A DNA stretch of 59,225 nucleotides, counting the filler. It is 5 parts of 5 records of this genome, joined end to end, with 100 filler letters (N's around TTAATTAATTAA, not from the genome) between each part and the next. Parts side by side here need not be neighbours in the genome. Positions count along the whole stretch, not along the records: positions 43,292 to 51,490 come from DRR723986_7035; positions 51,591 to 59,225 come from DRR723986_7038; 3 more parts are not named here. One strand, written 5' to 3'. A model generated the notes under the pieces. The model was not told where the DNA came from. It saw nothing but the letters and a program-made list of their open reading frames with translations, and made no database searches. Below are positions 49,671-59,225 of the stretch, piece after piece (the stretch's first letter is position 1; every line of letters starts with the position of its first letter). A program made the translations under genes and the position numbers.

Positions 49671-49848
49671 TTTGCCCCTTTTGGTCCAGTTGCCCGTACG
49701 TCTTGTTTTCGCCGTCTCAGCGACGTTGGTGAAGCGTGTTCTGAATCGCCATGGCCCTTGACGCTGCCGCGCAACCCTGAACATGTATGTCCCGACTACT
49801 ATACTGCGGCTGAGGCCTTCGCCACCAGCCCCTAATGAACGTGTTAAA

Positions 49849-50430
49849 ATGCTGCTGCTGATCGACAACTACGACTCTTTTACCTATAATTTGGTCCACT
49901 ACTTGGCCGAGCTTGGGGCGGATGTGGAAATTCGCCGCAATGACGCGCTGGATGTCCAAGAAGCGATGTCTCTAAATCCCACTGGCATTTTGCTCAGCCC
50001 CGGCCCGTGTGATCCAGATCAGGCGGGAATTTGCCTTGCGCTGACCCAGGCCGCTGCGGAAACAAAGACACCGCTTATGGGCGTTTGCCTTGGACACCAG
50101 ACAATCGGACAAGCTTTTGGCGGCAACGTGGTTCGATGCCACGAAATCGTGCATGGCAAGATGGGGACGATGAACCACACAGGCAAAGGTCTGTTTGCAG
50201 GTTTGCCGAGCCCCTTTGAGGCCACGCGCTATCATTCGTTGATTGTTGACCGGGACACCCTGCCCGACTGTCTGGAAATCACCGCTGAATTAGAAGACGG
50301 CACCATTATGGGACTGCAACACAAAGAGTTGCCTATTCATGGCGTGCAGTTTCACCCCGAATCAATTGCTTCGGAACATGGGCATGCCCTGCTCCAGAAC
50401 TTCCTGAATGAGATGAAGGTTTCCGCATGA
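49849..50430 (+). CDS. trpG: Anthranilate synthase component II
   Basis: [28 protein letters not shown]. Confidence 0.96.
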   Translation: MLLLIDNYDSFTYNLVHYLAELGADVEIRRNDALDVQEAMSLNPTGILLSPGPCDPDQAGICLALTQAAAETKTPLMGVCLGHQTIGQAFGGNVVRCHEIVHGKMGTMNHTGKGLFAGLPSPFEATRYHSLIVDRDTLPDCLEITAELEDGTIMGLQHKELPIHGVQFHPESIASEHGHALLQNFLNEMKVSA

Positions 50431-51446
50431 GCGACGCCCTTAAGCCCCTGATTGGTGCGGCTGCTGAGCGGTCCTTGACCCGCGCCGAGGCCGAAGACGC
50501 GTTTGGCATTCTGTTTGCAGGTGAAGCGACACCCAGCCAGATTGGCGGGCTGCTGATGGCACTGCGCACGCGCGGCGAAACGGTTGATGAATATGCCGCC
50601 GCCGCCGCTGTTATGCGATCCAAGTGCAATGCGGTCAAAGCCCCCGCTGGCGCGATGGACATCGTGGGCACGGGCGGCGATGGCAAGAACACCCTAAACA
50701 TTTCGACCGCGACCGCTTTTGTGGTGGCAGGTGCAGGCGTCGTCGTAGCCAAACACGGCAATCGCAATCTCAGCTCCAAATCTGGAACGGCGGATCTGCA
50801 ATCTCAGATGGGCATCAACGTTATGGTTGGCCCTACAGTGGTGGAACGCGCGCTGAACGAGGCTGGCATCGGGTTCATGATGGCCCCAATGCACCACCCT
50901 GCAACAGCCCATGTCATGCCGACCCGGTCCGAGCTGGGAACGCGCACGATCTTTAACATTCTCGGGCCCCTTACCAACCCTGCTGGGGTTACGCGTCAAC
51001 TGACAGGTGCGTTTTCGCGCGACCTGATCCGCCCAATGGCTGAAACGCTTGGCGTATTAGGATCAGAGCGGGCATGGCTTGTACACGGGTCTGATGGCAC
51101 CGATGAATTGACGATCACAGGCATCAGCTGGGTTTCAGCCCTGGAAGATGGCGCTGTGACGGACATAGAGCTCCACCCAGAAGACGCTGGCCTGCCTGTG
51201 CATCCGTTTGAGGCAATCGTTGGGGGTACGCCCGCCGAAAATGCCGTTGCCTTTCGCGCCTTGCTTGACGGCACCCCGTCAGCTTATCGCGATGCCGTTT
51301 TGCTAAACTCTGCCGCAGCTTTGGTCGTTGCAGATGTGGCAACTGATCTGCGCGAAGGCGTCGCCATGGCCATTGAGAGTATCGACAGTGGAAAAGCAAA
51401 AGAAAAGATCGCCGCACTGGCCCGTATCACGCAGGATTCCGCATGA
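50427..51446 (+). CDS. trpD: Anthranilate phosphoribosyltransferase
   Basis: [36 protein letters not shown]. Confidence 0.97.
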   Translation: MSDALKPLIGAAAERSLTRAEAEDAFGILFAGEATPSQIGGLLMALRTRGETVDEYAAAAAVMRSKCNAVKAPAGAMDIVGTGGDGKNTLNISTATAFVVAGAGVVVAKHGNRNLSSKSGTADLQSQMGINVMVGPTVVERALNEAGIGFMMAPMHHPATAHVMPTRSELGTRTIFNILGPLTNPAGVTRQLTGAFSRDLIRPMAETLGVLGSERAWLVHGSDGTDELTITGISWVSALEDGAVTDIELHPEDAGLPVHPFEAIVGGTPAENAVAFRALLDGTPSAYRDAVLLNSAAALVVADVATDLREGVAMAIESIDSGKAKEKIAALARITQDSA

Positions 51447-51490
51447 CCGACACCATTCTTGACAAGATCAAAGCCTACAAGCTGGAAGAA
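51443..51490 (+). CDS. trpC: Indole-3-glycerol phosphate synthase, 5' fragment
   Basis: [20 protein letters not shown] overlap with trpD. Confidence 0.85.
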
Positions 51491-51590
51491 NNNNNNNNNN
51501 NNNNNNNNNNNNNNNNNNNNNNNNNNNNNNNNNNTTAATTAATTAANNNNNNNNNNNNNNNNNNNNNNNNNNNNNNNNNNNNNNNNNNNN
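51491..51590. other. Contig-joining spacer
   Basis: N run with TTAATTAATTAA. Confidence 0.99.
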
Positions 51591-51591
51591 C

Positions 51592-52983
51592 GAGGCGCGC
51601 AAGCGCGGCAATTCCAGCTACTTCCCCGACCGCGTGGTGCCGATGCTGCCGGACCGGCTGTCGGGCGATCTGTGTTCGCTGCACGAGGGGGTGCCGCGCG
51701 CCTGCATCGCGGTCTGCATGACCATCGACAAGGACGGCAACAAGCTCCGGCAAAAGTTCCTGCGCGGGCTGATGCGCTCGCCCGCCTCGCTGAGCTACCA
51801 GCAGGTGCAGGCCGCCATCGACGGCGCGCCGGACGAGGCCACCGCCCCGCTGCTGGACCCCGTTCTGAAACCGCTCTACGCCGGCTATGCCGCGCTGAAG
51901 GCGGCGCGCGAACGGCGCCAGCCGCTGGATCTGGACCTGCCCGAGCGCAAGGTCGTGCTGACCGAAGAGGGCAAGGTGGACAGCGTCGCCTTCGTCGAGC
52001 GGCTGGAGGCGCACCGGCTGATCGAGGAATACATGGTGCTGGCCAATGTCGCCGCCGCCGAAGTCCTGATCGCCAAGAAGATGCCGCTGCTGTTCCGCGT
52101 CCACGAGGAGCCGCCGCAGGACAAGCTGGAAAGCCTGCGCGATACCGCAGAGGCGGCGGGTCTGACGCTGGCCAAGGGGCAGGTGCTGAAGACGGCGCAT
52201 CTGAACCGGCTGCTGCATCAGGCGGCCGGGACGGACGAGGCGGAACTCATCAACATCAGCACGCTGCGCAGCATGACGCAGGCCTATTACACGCCCAAGA
52301 ACTTCGGCCATTTCGGGCTGGCGCTGCAAAATTACGCGCATTTCACCTCGCCCATCCGGCGCTATTCCGACCTGATCGTGCACCGCGCGCTGATCACGGC
52401 CCATGGCTGGGGCGACGACGGGCTGACGGCGGAAGAGATCGACGGGCTGGAGAAGACCGGCCAGCATATCTCGGACACCGAGCGGCGGTCGATGATGGCG
52501 GAGCGCGACACGACGGACCGCTATCTGGCCGCCTACCTGTCGGACCGCATGGGCGCCGAGTTCACGGGCCGGGTGTCGGGCATCGCCAAGTTCGGCCTCT
52601 TCGTGAAGCTGGACGAGACCGGGGCCGACGGCCTCGTGCCGATCTCGACGCTGGGCAACGAGTATTTCCATTTCGACCGCGAGAGCGGCACGCTGATGGG
52701 CGCCGACACGGGCCGCGAGATCGGGCTGGGGATGCGCGCCCGGGTGAAGCTGGTCGAGGCGGCGCCGGTCACGGGCGGCATCGCCTTCGAACTGCTGGAG
52801 CTGGAGGGCGAGGCCTATGAGGGCGGGCGCGGCGGCGGCTCTTTCCGGCGCGGTCGGCCCCGCGGGGGCGGTGCCGGGCAGTCGCGCGGCGGGCCTTCGC
52901 CAAAGCGCAAGCTGGCCAAGGCCAAGGCCAAGGACGCCAAGACCAAGCGCAAGGTCAGCCGCCAGAGGCGCGCGAAGGGCTGA
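51592..52983 (+). CDS. rnr: Ribonuclease R, 5'-truncated
   Basis: RGNSSYFP..VVPMLP, LIEEYMVLAN, HFTSPIRRYSDL, S1 domain, basic C-terminal tail. Confidence 0.96.
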   Translation, partial: EARKRGNSSYFPDRVVPMLPDRLSGDLCSLHEGVPRACIAVCMTIDKDGNKLRQKFLRGLMRSPASLSYQQVQAAIDGAPDEATAPLLDPVLKPLYAGYAALKAARERRQPLDLDLPERKVVLTEEGKVDSVAFVERLEAHRLIEEYMVLANVAAAEVLIAKKMPLLFRVHEEPPQDKLESLRDTAEAAGLTLAKGQVLKTAHLNRLLHQAAGTDEAELINISTLRSMTQAYYTPKNFGHFGLALQNYAHFTSPIRRYSDLIVHRALITAHGWGDDGLTAEEIDGLEKTGQHISDTERRSMMAERDTTDRYLAAYLSDRMGAEFTGRVSGIAKFGLFVKLDETGADGLVPISTLGNEYFHFDRESGTLMGADTGREIGLGMRARVKLVEAAPVTGGIAFELLELEGEAYEGGRGGGSFRRGRPRGGGAGQSRGGPSPKRKLAKAKAKDAKTKRKVSRQRRAKG

Positions 52984-53203
52984 CCGCGCCGCTGCCGGGG
53001 GCCGGCTGAGCGCTTGCGCCGGTCGGCCGGGCGGGGGCGTTGCGCCTCGCCGGTGGTGGGTCATGGGGGCCGGCGCCTTGCCGTGGGTGAGGCCCCGGCG
53101 CGGGCGGTCGGGACCGGCGGCGCGCTTGGGCATCCGGGGATGACCCGTGCGGCGGGGCGGGCTCTTGCCAGCTTCCGTCAGCAGGGTGCAGGATACCGGG
53201 GCC

Positions 53204-53905
53204 ATGTCCCGCACCCATCGCCTGTTCCAGTTGATGACCGCCCTGCGCCGTCTGCCCGCCCCCGTCACCGCGCGGCAGCTTGCGCAGGAGACCGGAGTCT
53301 CGTCCCGCACCCTGTACCGCGACATCGACACCCTGCGCAGTCTTGGCGCGGTGATCGACGGAGAGCCCGGCTTTGGCTACCGGCTGGTCGAAAGCGCGCA
53401 TCTGCCGCCCTTGGGGTTCGACGACGACGAACTCGAGGCGCTGATCGTGGGGCTTCGCGAGGTCACGGCGGTGGGCGATCCGGCGCTGGCGCAGGCGGCG
53501 CAGGCAGCACTGGCCAAGCTGCGCGCCCGCCTGCCCGAGGCACAGGCGCACCGGCTGCGCCACGCCGTGCTGACCGCGCACCGCTTTGCCGTGCCGCCCG
53601 CGCCCGGCATCGACGCCAAGGCGCTGCGCAAGGCCTGCTGGGCCGAGGAGCAGGTGGTCTTCGACTACGCGGACAAGGCGGGGGTCGCGACGCGCCGCGA
53701 GGTCATGCCGCTGTCCATCGTCTTTTTCGAGCAGAGCCATTGCCTGATCGCATGGTGCCTGCTGCGCGAGGATTTCAGGATGTTCCGGCTGGACCGCATG
53801 ACCGGGCTGGAGCGTTCGGGCCAGTCCTTTCGCCCCCGCCGCGTGGCGCTGCTGCGCGATTACATGCGGATGCAGGAGGCTTGCGGGCCGGACATCGGGC
53901 GCTAG
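53204..53905 (+). CDS. HTH_11-WYL transcriptional regulator (YafY-like)
   Basis: MSRTHRLF..VTARQLA...VSSRTLYRDI; LIAWCLLREDFRMFRLDRM. Confidence 0.92.
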   Translation: MSRTHRLFQLMTALRRLPAPVTARQLAQETGVSSRTLYRDIDTLRSLGAVIDGEPGFGYRLVESAHLPPLGFDDDELEALIVGLREVTAVGDPALAQAAQAALAKLRARLPEAQAHRLRHAVLTAHRFAVPPAPGIDAKALRKACWAEEQVVFDYADKAGVATRREVMPLSIVFFEQSHCLIAWCLLREDFRMFRLDRMTGLERSGQSFRPRRVALLRDYMRMQEACGPDIGR

Positions 53906-54390
53906 AAGCGGCCTTCCTCGCAGGGGCCGCCGACGAGGCAGACGCGCAGCGCGTCCAGAAGGGCGGGCGAGGGATCGGGGTAGAGCCACTGGCCGCAGGG
54001 CTGCACCTGTATCACGCGCTTGCCGGCCTCGTGCTTGAGGAAGGCAAGGTAGCGGTGGCCGCTGCGCGCGCCGCCGCACCATGACAGGTAGCAGGACACC
54101 CGCAGCGTGACATTGCCCTGAAACGGCTGGACGAAGCCTTCGGGGCCAAGGAATTCGCCCACCATCTGCCCGCGCAACTCGGTCAGGGGAGGCGGGTCCG
54201 CCTGCTGGTCTTGCGGCACGGCGGGCAGGCGGCTTTCGTCGAAGTCGAGCCGCCCGACGACGGCGCTCCAGCGATCCTGCGAGCCGTGGGCTTCGGTGAA
54301 GTCGCGGATCGGGTCGGGTTTCATGCAGGAAAGCGCCTGCGCCTGAGAGGCCAGCGACAGCGCGAGCAGAAGGGCCAGCGCGCGTCTCAC
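53902..54390 (-). CDS. Hypothetical exported protein
   Basis: GTG start overlapping the rppH stop; signal peptide ending AQA-LSC; several Cys. Confidence 0.75.
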   Translation of the reverse strand: MRRALALLLALSLASQAQALSCMKPDPIRDFTEAHGSQDRWSAVVGRLDFDESRLPAVPQDQQADPPPLTELRGQMVGEFLGPEGFVQPFQGNVTLRVSCYLSWCGGARSGHRYLAFLKHEAGKRVIQVQPCGQWLYPDPSPALLDALRVCLVGGPCEEGRF

Positions 54391-54881
54391 AGGTGGGACC
54401 GGAAGGCGTCGATCACCTGCTGGTAGACCGCGCGCTTGAAGGGCACGATCTGCGACAGCACCGCGTCGGCGGGCAGCCAGCGCCATTCGGTGAATTCCTG
54501 ATGGTCGTCGGCGTCCAGCCGGATCTGGTCGTCGGTGCCGTGGAAGCGCAGCAGGAACCACTTCTGCTCCTGCCCCCTGTAGCGGCCCTTCCAGATGCGC
54601 GGCACGATGTCATGCGGCAGATCGTAGGCGATCCAACCCTCGGTCTCGGCCTCGACGGTCACGAGATCGGGCGTCACGCCGGTTTCCTCGGTCAGTTCGC
54701 GCAGGGCGGCGGTGCGCGGATCCTCACCCTTGTCGATGCCCCCCTGCGGCATCTGCCATGCGGGCGGTTCGTGCGGCTGGCGGTCGGCGCGCTGGCCGAC
54801 GAAGGCGTGGCCTTCGGCGTTCACCAGCATCACGCCGACGTTGCGGCGGTAGGGCAGTCTGGCGATGTCTTCGGGGGTCAT
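54387..54881 (-). CDS. rppH: RNA pyrophosphohydrolase
   Basis: [17 protein letters not shown]....[11 protein letters not shown] Nudix box, GQEQKWF, VPFKR.VY. Confidence 0.95.
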   Translation of the reverse strand: MTPEDIARLPYRRNVGVMLVNAEGHAFVGQRADRQPHEPPAWQMPQGGIDKGEDPRTAALRELTEETGVTPDLVTVEAETEGWIAYDLPHDIVPRIWKGRYRGQEQKWFLLRFHGTDDQIRLDADDHQEFTEWRWLPADAVLSQIVPFKRAVYQQVIDAFRSHL

Positions 54882-54916
54882 GTCGGGCGCGGGCCTCTGC
54901 CTGTCTTCCGGGGGAA

Positions 54917-54938
54917 GGCGGGCTGAAGCCCGCCCTAC
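54917..54938 (-). repeat. GTAG-type REP-like palindrome
   Basis: Minus strand GTAG-GGCGGGC-TTCA-GCCCGCC. Confidence 0.6.
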
Positions 54939-54962
54939 GGACCGACGCTGCCGGTCGCGAGA

Positions 54963-54985
54963 AGGGGCGGGTGTTCCCCGCCCCT
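54963..54985 (-). terminator. Hairpin after ctpA
   Basis: AGGGGCGGG/CCCGCCCCT stem just downstream of the stop; weak U tail. Confidence 0.45.
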
Positions 54986-54991
54986 CATGGC

Positions 54992-56344
54992 TCAGTCCTT
55001 GGGGCCGAGGGCCGAGAGGCCCTTGAGGATGTCGATGGCATAGGCCAGCTGGTAGTCCTCTTCGCGCAGCGCCGCGGCCTTCTCGGCCTTCTCGCGGTCG
55101 GCCTCGATCTGCTGGATCTCGTCCTCGGTCAGCGAGTCGTTGTCGAGCGAGCCGCGCAGGTCGGCCTCGGAGCGCGAGAAGCGGTTGGTGATTTCGTCCT
55201 CGTCCTCCTCCTCGGCGTTGGGATCGACGCGGGGCTGGTCCACGACGATGTCGGGCGAAACGCCCAGCGCCTGGATCGAGCGGCCCGAGGGCGTGTAGTA
55301 GCGCGCCGTGGTCAGGCGCATGGCGCCGTCGCCGCGCAGGGGCATGACCGTCTGCACGGAGCCCTTGCCGAAGCTCTTGGTGCCCACGACGATGGCGCGC
55401 CGGTGGTCCTGAAGCGCACCGGCGACGATTTCCGACGCCGAGGCGGAGCCGCCGTTGATGAGCACCACGATGGGCTTGCCCTCTGCAAGGTCGCCCGGCA
55501 CCAGCGTTTCCGAGTTGTAGCGGTCGCCGTCCGCCGGATCGCGGCCCCGGGTGGACACGATCTCTCCGGCTTCGAGGAAGGCGTCGGAGACCATGATGGC
55601 CTGATTCAGCAGGCCGCCGGGGTTGTTGCGCAGGTCCAGAACGATGCCGTTGACCGAGTCCATGCCGCCCAGCGCCTCGACCTGCTCTTCGAGCCCGTCG
55701 CGCAGGTTGGGGAAGGTCTGTTCGTTGAAGGTGGTGACGCGCAGGACGACGGTGTCGCCCTCCGTCCGGGTGCGCACGGCGGTCAGCTTGATGGTGTCGC
55801 GGATGATCGAGACGTCGAAGGGCTCGTCCTCGCCCTCGCGGACCACGGTGATGACGATTTCCGACCCGACCGGGCCGCGCATCATGTCCACCGCCTCGTC
55901 CAGCGTCAGGCCCAGCACGGACTCGCCGTCCACATGGGTGATGAAGTCGCCGGATTCGATGCCCGCGTCCTCGGCCGGGGTGCCGTCGATGGGAGAGACG
56001 ACCTTGACGAAGCCCTCTTCCTGCGTGACCTCGATGCCCAGCCCGCCGAACTCGCCGCGCGTCTGCACGCGCATGTCGGCGGCGTCGTCGGGGGGCAGGT
56101 AGCTGCTGTGCGGGTCCAGAGAGGTGAGCATCCCGTTGATCGCCGCCTCGATCAGGTCGCGTTCGTCCACCTCTTCGACATATTGCGCGCGGATCCGCTC
56201 GAAGATGTCGCCGAAAAGGTCCAGCTGCTCGTAGACGCTGGAAGGCCGGGCCGTTTCCTGCGCCAGCAGGGGGCCCACGAATTGCGTGGTCGCGACCACC
56301 GAGGCCACTGCCCCGCCCGCCGCTGCCATCAAGAATTTCTGCAT
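54992..56344 (-). CDS. ctpA: Carboxy-terminal processing protease, S41 family
   Basis: LDPHS, FGGLGI PDZ domain, [22 protein letters not shown]. Confidence 0.94.
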   Translation of the reverse strand: MQKFLMAAAGGAVASVVATTQFVGPLLAQETARPSSVYEQLDLFGDIFERIRAQYVEEVDERDLIEAAINGMLTSLDPHSSYLPPDDAADMRVQTRGEFGGLGIEVTQEEGFVKVVSPIDGTPAEDAGIESGDFITHVDGESVLGLTLDEAVDMMRGPVGSEIVITVVREGEDEPFDVSIIRDTIKLTAVRTRTEGDTVVLRVTTFNEQTFPNLRDGLEEQVEALGGMDSVNGIVLDLRNNPGGLLNQAIMVSDAFLEAGEIVSTRGRDPADGDRYNSETLVPGDLAEGKPIVVLINGGSASASEIVAGALQDHRRAIVVGTKSFGKGSVQTVMPLRGDGAMRLTTARYYTPSGRSIQALGVSPDIVVDQPRVDPNAEEEDEDEITNRFSRSEADLRGSLDNDSLTEDEIQQIEADREKAEKAAALREEDYQLAYAIDILKGLSALGPKD

Positions 56345-56351
56345 ACTCGAG

Positions 56352-57464
56352 TCATCCCTTGTCGGTTGCGAACCACCTCAGCGGATCGTCGGGCACGTCG
56401 CCCTCTCTGACCTCTATATAGAGCGTTTCCGAACGCCCGGCGCCAGCCCCCTCACCCGAAGGTGACAGGATGTCGGCGGCTTCTCCTCCCATCAGGCCGA
56501 TGGGACTGCCGGCGGGCAGCACCTGGCCGATTTCTCCATAGACCACATCGAGGCCCGCAAAGACAAACAGAAGATCGGCCTGCGGTTCGAGGATCATGAC
56601 CAGCCCGTAATCCAGCAGCGGACCGGCGTAGCGCACCGTGGCGACGGTGGGTGTCGTGACCAGCGCGCCGGGGCGGGTGGCGATGACGACACCGGGGCGC
56701 GAGACGCCCGCCGCGTCGCGGTCGCCCGCCTCGCGCAGGACGGTGCCGCGCACCGGCAGGGGGATCGTGCCCCGCAGCCCCTCGATGGCATCGGTGGGCG
56801 CGCCGCCGTCGCCTTCGGCGATCTGGCTGAGGCCCGAGGCGAAGCCCTGAAGCGTCTCGGTCGCCGAGATCAGGATCGCGGTCTTGATCGGGTCCTCGAA
56901 GAAGCGTTGCGGCAGGTCGATGCGGTCGGCGATGGCCTGACTGAGGTCGGTGCGCGCCTGCTGGACGCCCGCCAGCCCCTCTTCGAGCGTGTCGGCGGCG
57001 TTCTCCTGCAGCGCGCGCAGGGCAGAGACCTCTTCGAGATCGGCGCGCAATTCGGCGGCCCGTTCCGCCAGCGCGGGCGTCACGGCGGCCACCAGCATCC
57101 CCGACCGCGCAGAGCCTAGCGGCCCCTGCGGATGCAAGAGCGTCTGCGGCGCGGCGCGCCCGCCGACGCTGGAGAGAACGCCCAGCAACTGCGCGACCTC
57201 CGCCTCTTGCGCGGTGAGCTTGCGGCTGAGTTCGGTCTCGCGGATTGCGGCGGCGCGCAGGCCCTCGCGCATGGCGGTCAGCCCGTCCTCGTAGGCGCGG
57301 ATCGTGTCGGTCAGCGCGGCCACGCGGTCGTTGGCGCTTTGGGCGCCCTGCAGCAGGACCGAGGCCGCCTCCAGCGCCTCTGCCGCGTCGCGCGCGGCAT
57401 CCCCGGCGGTCTGGGCCTGCGCGGCGCCGGCGGCAAGGGCGAGGATCAGCGCGAGGCGCTTCAT
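56352..57464 (-). CDS. envC: EnvC-like murein hydrolase activator (coiled coil plus degenerate M23)
   Basis: Signal peptide, coiled coil, LPV-G...YAGPLLDYG...LYIEVR; lies in the gpmI-envC-ctpA order. Confidence 0.8.
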   Translation of the reverse strand: MKRLALILALAAGAAQAQTAGDAARDAAEALEAASVLLQGAQSANDRVAALTDTIRAYEDGLTAMREGLRAAAIRETELSRKLTAQEAEVAQLLGVLSSVGGRAAPQTLLHPQGPLGSARSGMLVAAVTPALAERAAELRADLEEVSALRALQENAADTLEEGLAGVQQARTDLSQAIADRIDLPQRFFEDPIKTAILISATETLQGFASGLSQIAEGDGGAPTDAIEGLRGTIPLPVRGTVLREAGDRDAAGVSRPGVVIATRPGALVTTPTVATVRYAGPLLDYGLVMILEPQADLLFVFAGLDVVYGEIGQVLPAGSPIGLMGGEAADILSPSGEGAGAGRSETLYIEVREGDVPDDPLRWFATDKG

Positions 57465-58966
57465 GCGATGAGGCTCTGACCCGTCATTTCGCCGGGCTGG
57501 TCGAGGCCCATCAGCTGCAACAGCGTCGGCGCCACATCGGCCAGCCGCCCGTCCTTCAGGCGCGCGCCCTCGGGGCCGCCGTAGAGGATGACCGGCACGA
57601 GGTTCGTGGTATGCGCCGTGTGCGGGCCGCCGGTCTCGGGGTCCACCATGGTCTCGCAATTGCCGTGGTCGGCGATCACCAGCAGCGCGCCGCCGGTCTT
57701 CTCCAGTGTCTCGACCACGCGGCCAAGCCCGGCGTCCACCGCCTCGCAGGCCTTGATGGCGGCGTCCAGATCGCCGGTGTGGCCGACCATGTCCGGGTTG
57801 GCGTAGTTCACCACGATCAGGTCATAGCCGTGCTCGATGGCGCCCACGAAGTGCTCCGTCACCTCGCCCGCGCTCATTTCCGGCTGCATGTCGTAGGTCG
57901 CCACCTTGGGCGACTTGGGCATGAAGCGATCCTCCTGCGGCTCGGGCGTTTCCTTGCCGCCGTTCAGGAAGAAGGTGACGTGCGGATATTTCTCGGTCTC
58001 GGCGAGGCGGAATTGCGTCTTGCCCGCCTTGGCGACCCATTCGCCCAGCGTGTTGACGATCTTCCGCTTGGGATAGGCGGTGGTCATGTAGCCGTTGTGG
58101 GCGTCGGAATACTCGACCATCCCCAGAATCGCGCTGAGCTTGGGCTTGTCGCGTGCGAAGCCGTCGAAATCCGGAGCGCCGATGGCGGCGAGGATCTCGC
58201 GCGCGCGGTCGGCGCGGAAGTTGACGAAGAACAGCCCGTCGCCGGGGCCGAAACCCGCGTAGCCGCCCAGCGTGAAGGGTTCGATGAACTCGTCGGTCTT
58301 GCCCGCCTCGTAAGAGGCCTCGATCCCCGCGACGGCGGTGTCGCGCGCGGGCGCCGCGCCTTCTGCGACGGCGCGAAAGGCCTTTTCCACCCGGTCCCAC
58401 CGCGTGTCGCGGTCCATGGCGAAGTAGCGCCCCGAGACGGTCGCGACGAAGGCGCCCTCGGGCAGGGCGTCCTCGAAGGTCGAGACCTGCGCGGCGGCGC
58501 TTTGCGGGGCCACGTCGCGCCCGTCGGTGACGACGTGCACGGCGACGCGCAGCCCCTGTCCGGTCAGCACCCGGGCGGCGGCGAGGATGTGGTCGGTATG
58601 CGCATGCACGCCCCCGTCCGAGGTCAGCCCCATGACATGCGCGGTGCCGCCCGCGTCCTTGACCGTGGCGGCGAAGGCGAGGATCTCGGCGTTCTCGAAG
58701 AAGGACCCGTCCTCGATGGCAAGGTCGATCTGGCCGAGGTCCATGGCCACCACGCGGCCCGCGCCGATGTTGGTGTGACCCACTTCGGAATTGCCCATCT
58801 GCCCGGTCGGCAGCCCCACGTCCGGGCCGTGGGTGATCAGGGTGGCATGGGGGCAGGTGGCCATCAGCCGGTCGATGGTCGGGGTCCGGGCCAGCGCGGG
58901 GGCGTTGTGCGCCGTCTCCTCGCGCAGGCCCCAGCCGTCGAGGATGGTCAGGATGACGGGTTTCAT
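57461..58966 (-). CDS. gpmI: 2,3-bisphosphoglycerate-independent phosphoglycerate mutase
   Basis: ILDGWG, GQMGNSEVGH, AETEKYPHVTFF, NPDMVGHTG, ADHGN. Confidence 0.97.
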   Translation of the reverse strand: MKPVILTILDGWGLREETAHNAPALARTPTIDRLMATCPHATLITHGPDVGLPTGQMGNSEVGHTNIGAGRVVAMDLGQIDLAIEDGSFFENAEILAFAATVKDAGGTAHVMGLTSDGGVHAHTDHILAAARVLTGQGLRVAVHVVTDGRDVAPQSAAAQVSTFEDALPEGAFVATVSGRYFAMDRDTRWDRVEKAFRAVAEGAAPARDTAVAGIEASYEAGKTDEFIEPFTLGGYAGFGPGDGLFFVNFRADRAREILAAIGAPDFDGFARDKPKLSAILGMVEYSDAHNGYMTTAYPKRKIVNTLGEWVAKAGKTQFRLAETEKYPHVTFFLNGGKETPEPQEDRFMPKSPKVATYDMQPEMSAGEVTEHFVGAIEHGYDLIVVNYANPDMVGHTGDLDAAIKACEAVDAGLGRVVETLEKTGGALLVIADHGNCETMVDPETGGPHTAHTTNLVPVILYGGPEGARLKDGRLADVAPTLLQLMGLDQPGEMTGQSLIA

Positions 58967-59143
58967 GGGCGGGCCTCCCTGGTTGTTCGGGGCTTGGTGT
59001 AGCAGTGGCGCGCCGGGATGTGGAGAGCCTGCAACGGCTGCCGGAATACGGACCGCGCGCCGAAGCCTGTCTGGATCGGCGCCGTGGCTGTGCTAGATCG
59101 CGGTACAGCCGGGCCGGTCGCCCGGCGCACAGGAGTCTGCCCC

Positions 59144-59225
59144 ATGCGTTTCGCCTTCCTCGCCCTTGCCGCCCTGCCGCTGTCCGCACAGGCCGAACAA
59201 CTGACCTTCGAGATCGGGGCGGGCG
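59144..59225 (+). CDS. Exported protein, 5' fragment
   Basis: AGGAG Shine-Dalgarno; MRFAFLALAALPLSAQA-EQ signal peptide. Confidence 0.6.
   Translation, partial: MRFAFLALAALPLSAQAEQLTFEIGAG

Overview
The window is not one locus. It is five unrelated contigs joined by 100-bp N spacers carrying a TTAATTAATTAA linker (8503-8602, 35556-35655, 43192-43291, 51491-51590). Taxonomic labels below are inferred from gene content and remembered homologues, not from a search. (1) 1-8502, Rhodobacteraceae-like: the start of ilvI with a complete Val/Ile/Leu attenuator, then bpt, RDD, DUF2852, ybaK, glnE, and a GcvA-like LysR divergent from a DmdA-like GcvT-family gene followed by a dmdD-like crotonase. (2) 8603-35555, Planctomycete (Pirellulaceae-like): an integrase-less array of five gene cassettes bounded by ~90-bp attC-like palindromes with non-canonical GTTC cores. 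It is followed by a tightly packed seven-gene operon of exported amidohydrolase-fold proteins (nine domains, only one with an intact metal site), DUF5989, a REPIN-like inverted repeat, a Tat-exported PhoD-like protein, two sulfatases, a methyltransferase and a VPS10/BNR protein. (3) 35656-43191, Marinobacter-like: lysM(tsaP-like)-dprA-tsaC-hemF-aroE, a Na+-type pomAB-like stator pair, a PA4642-family gene and a gamma-carbonic anhydrase. (4) 43292-51490, Roseobacter-group: end of gpt, an aminotransferase, ppiD/surA, trpE, a divergent polysaccharide deacetylase and trpGDC. (5) 51591-59225, high-GC Rhodobacteraceae: rnr, an HTH-WYL regulator, rppH, ctpA, envC-like and gpmI. The best candidates for undescribed biology are the one-enzyme/eight-pseudoenzyme amidohydrolase operon, the planctomycete cassette array, and the linkage of a DmdA paralogue to dmdD.
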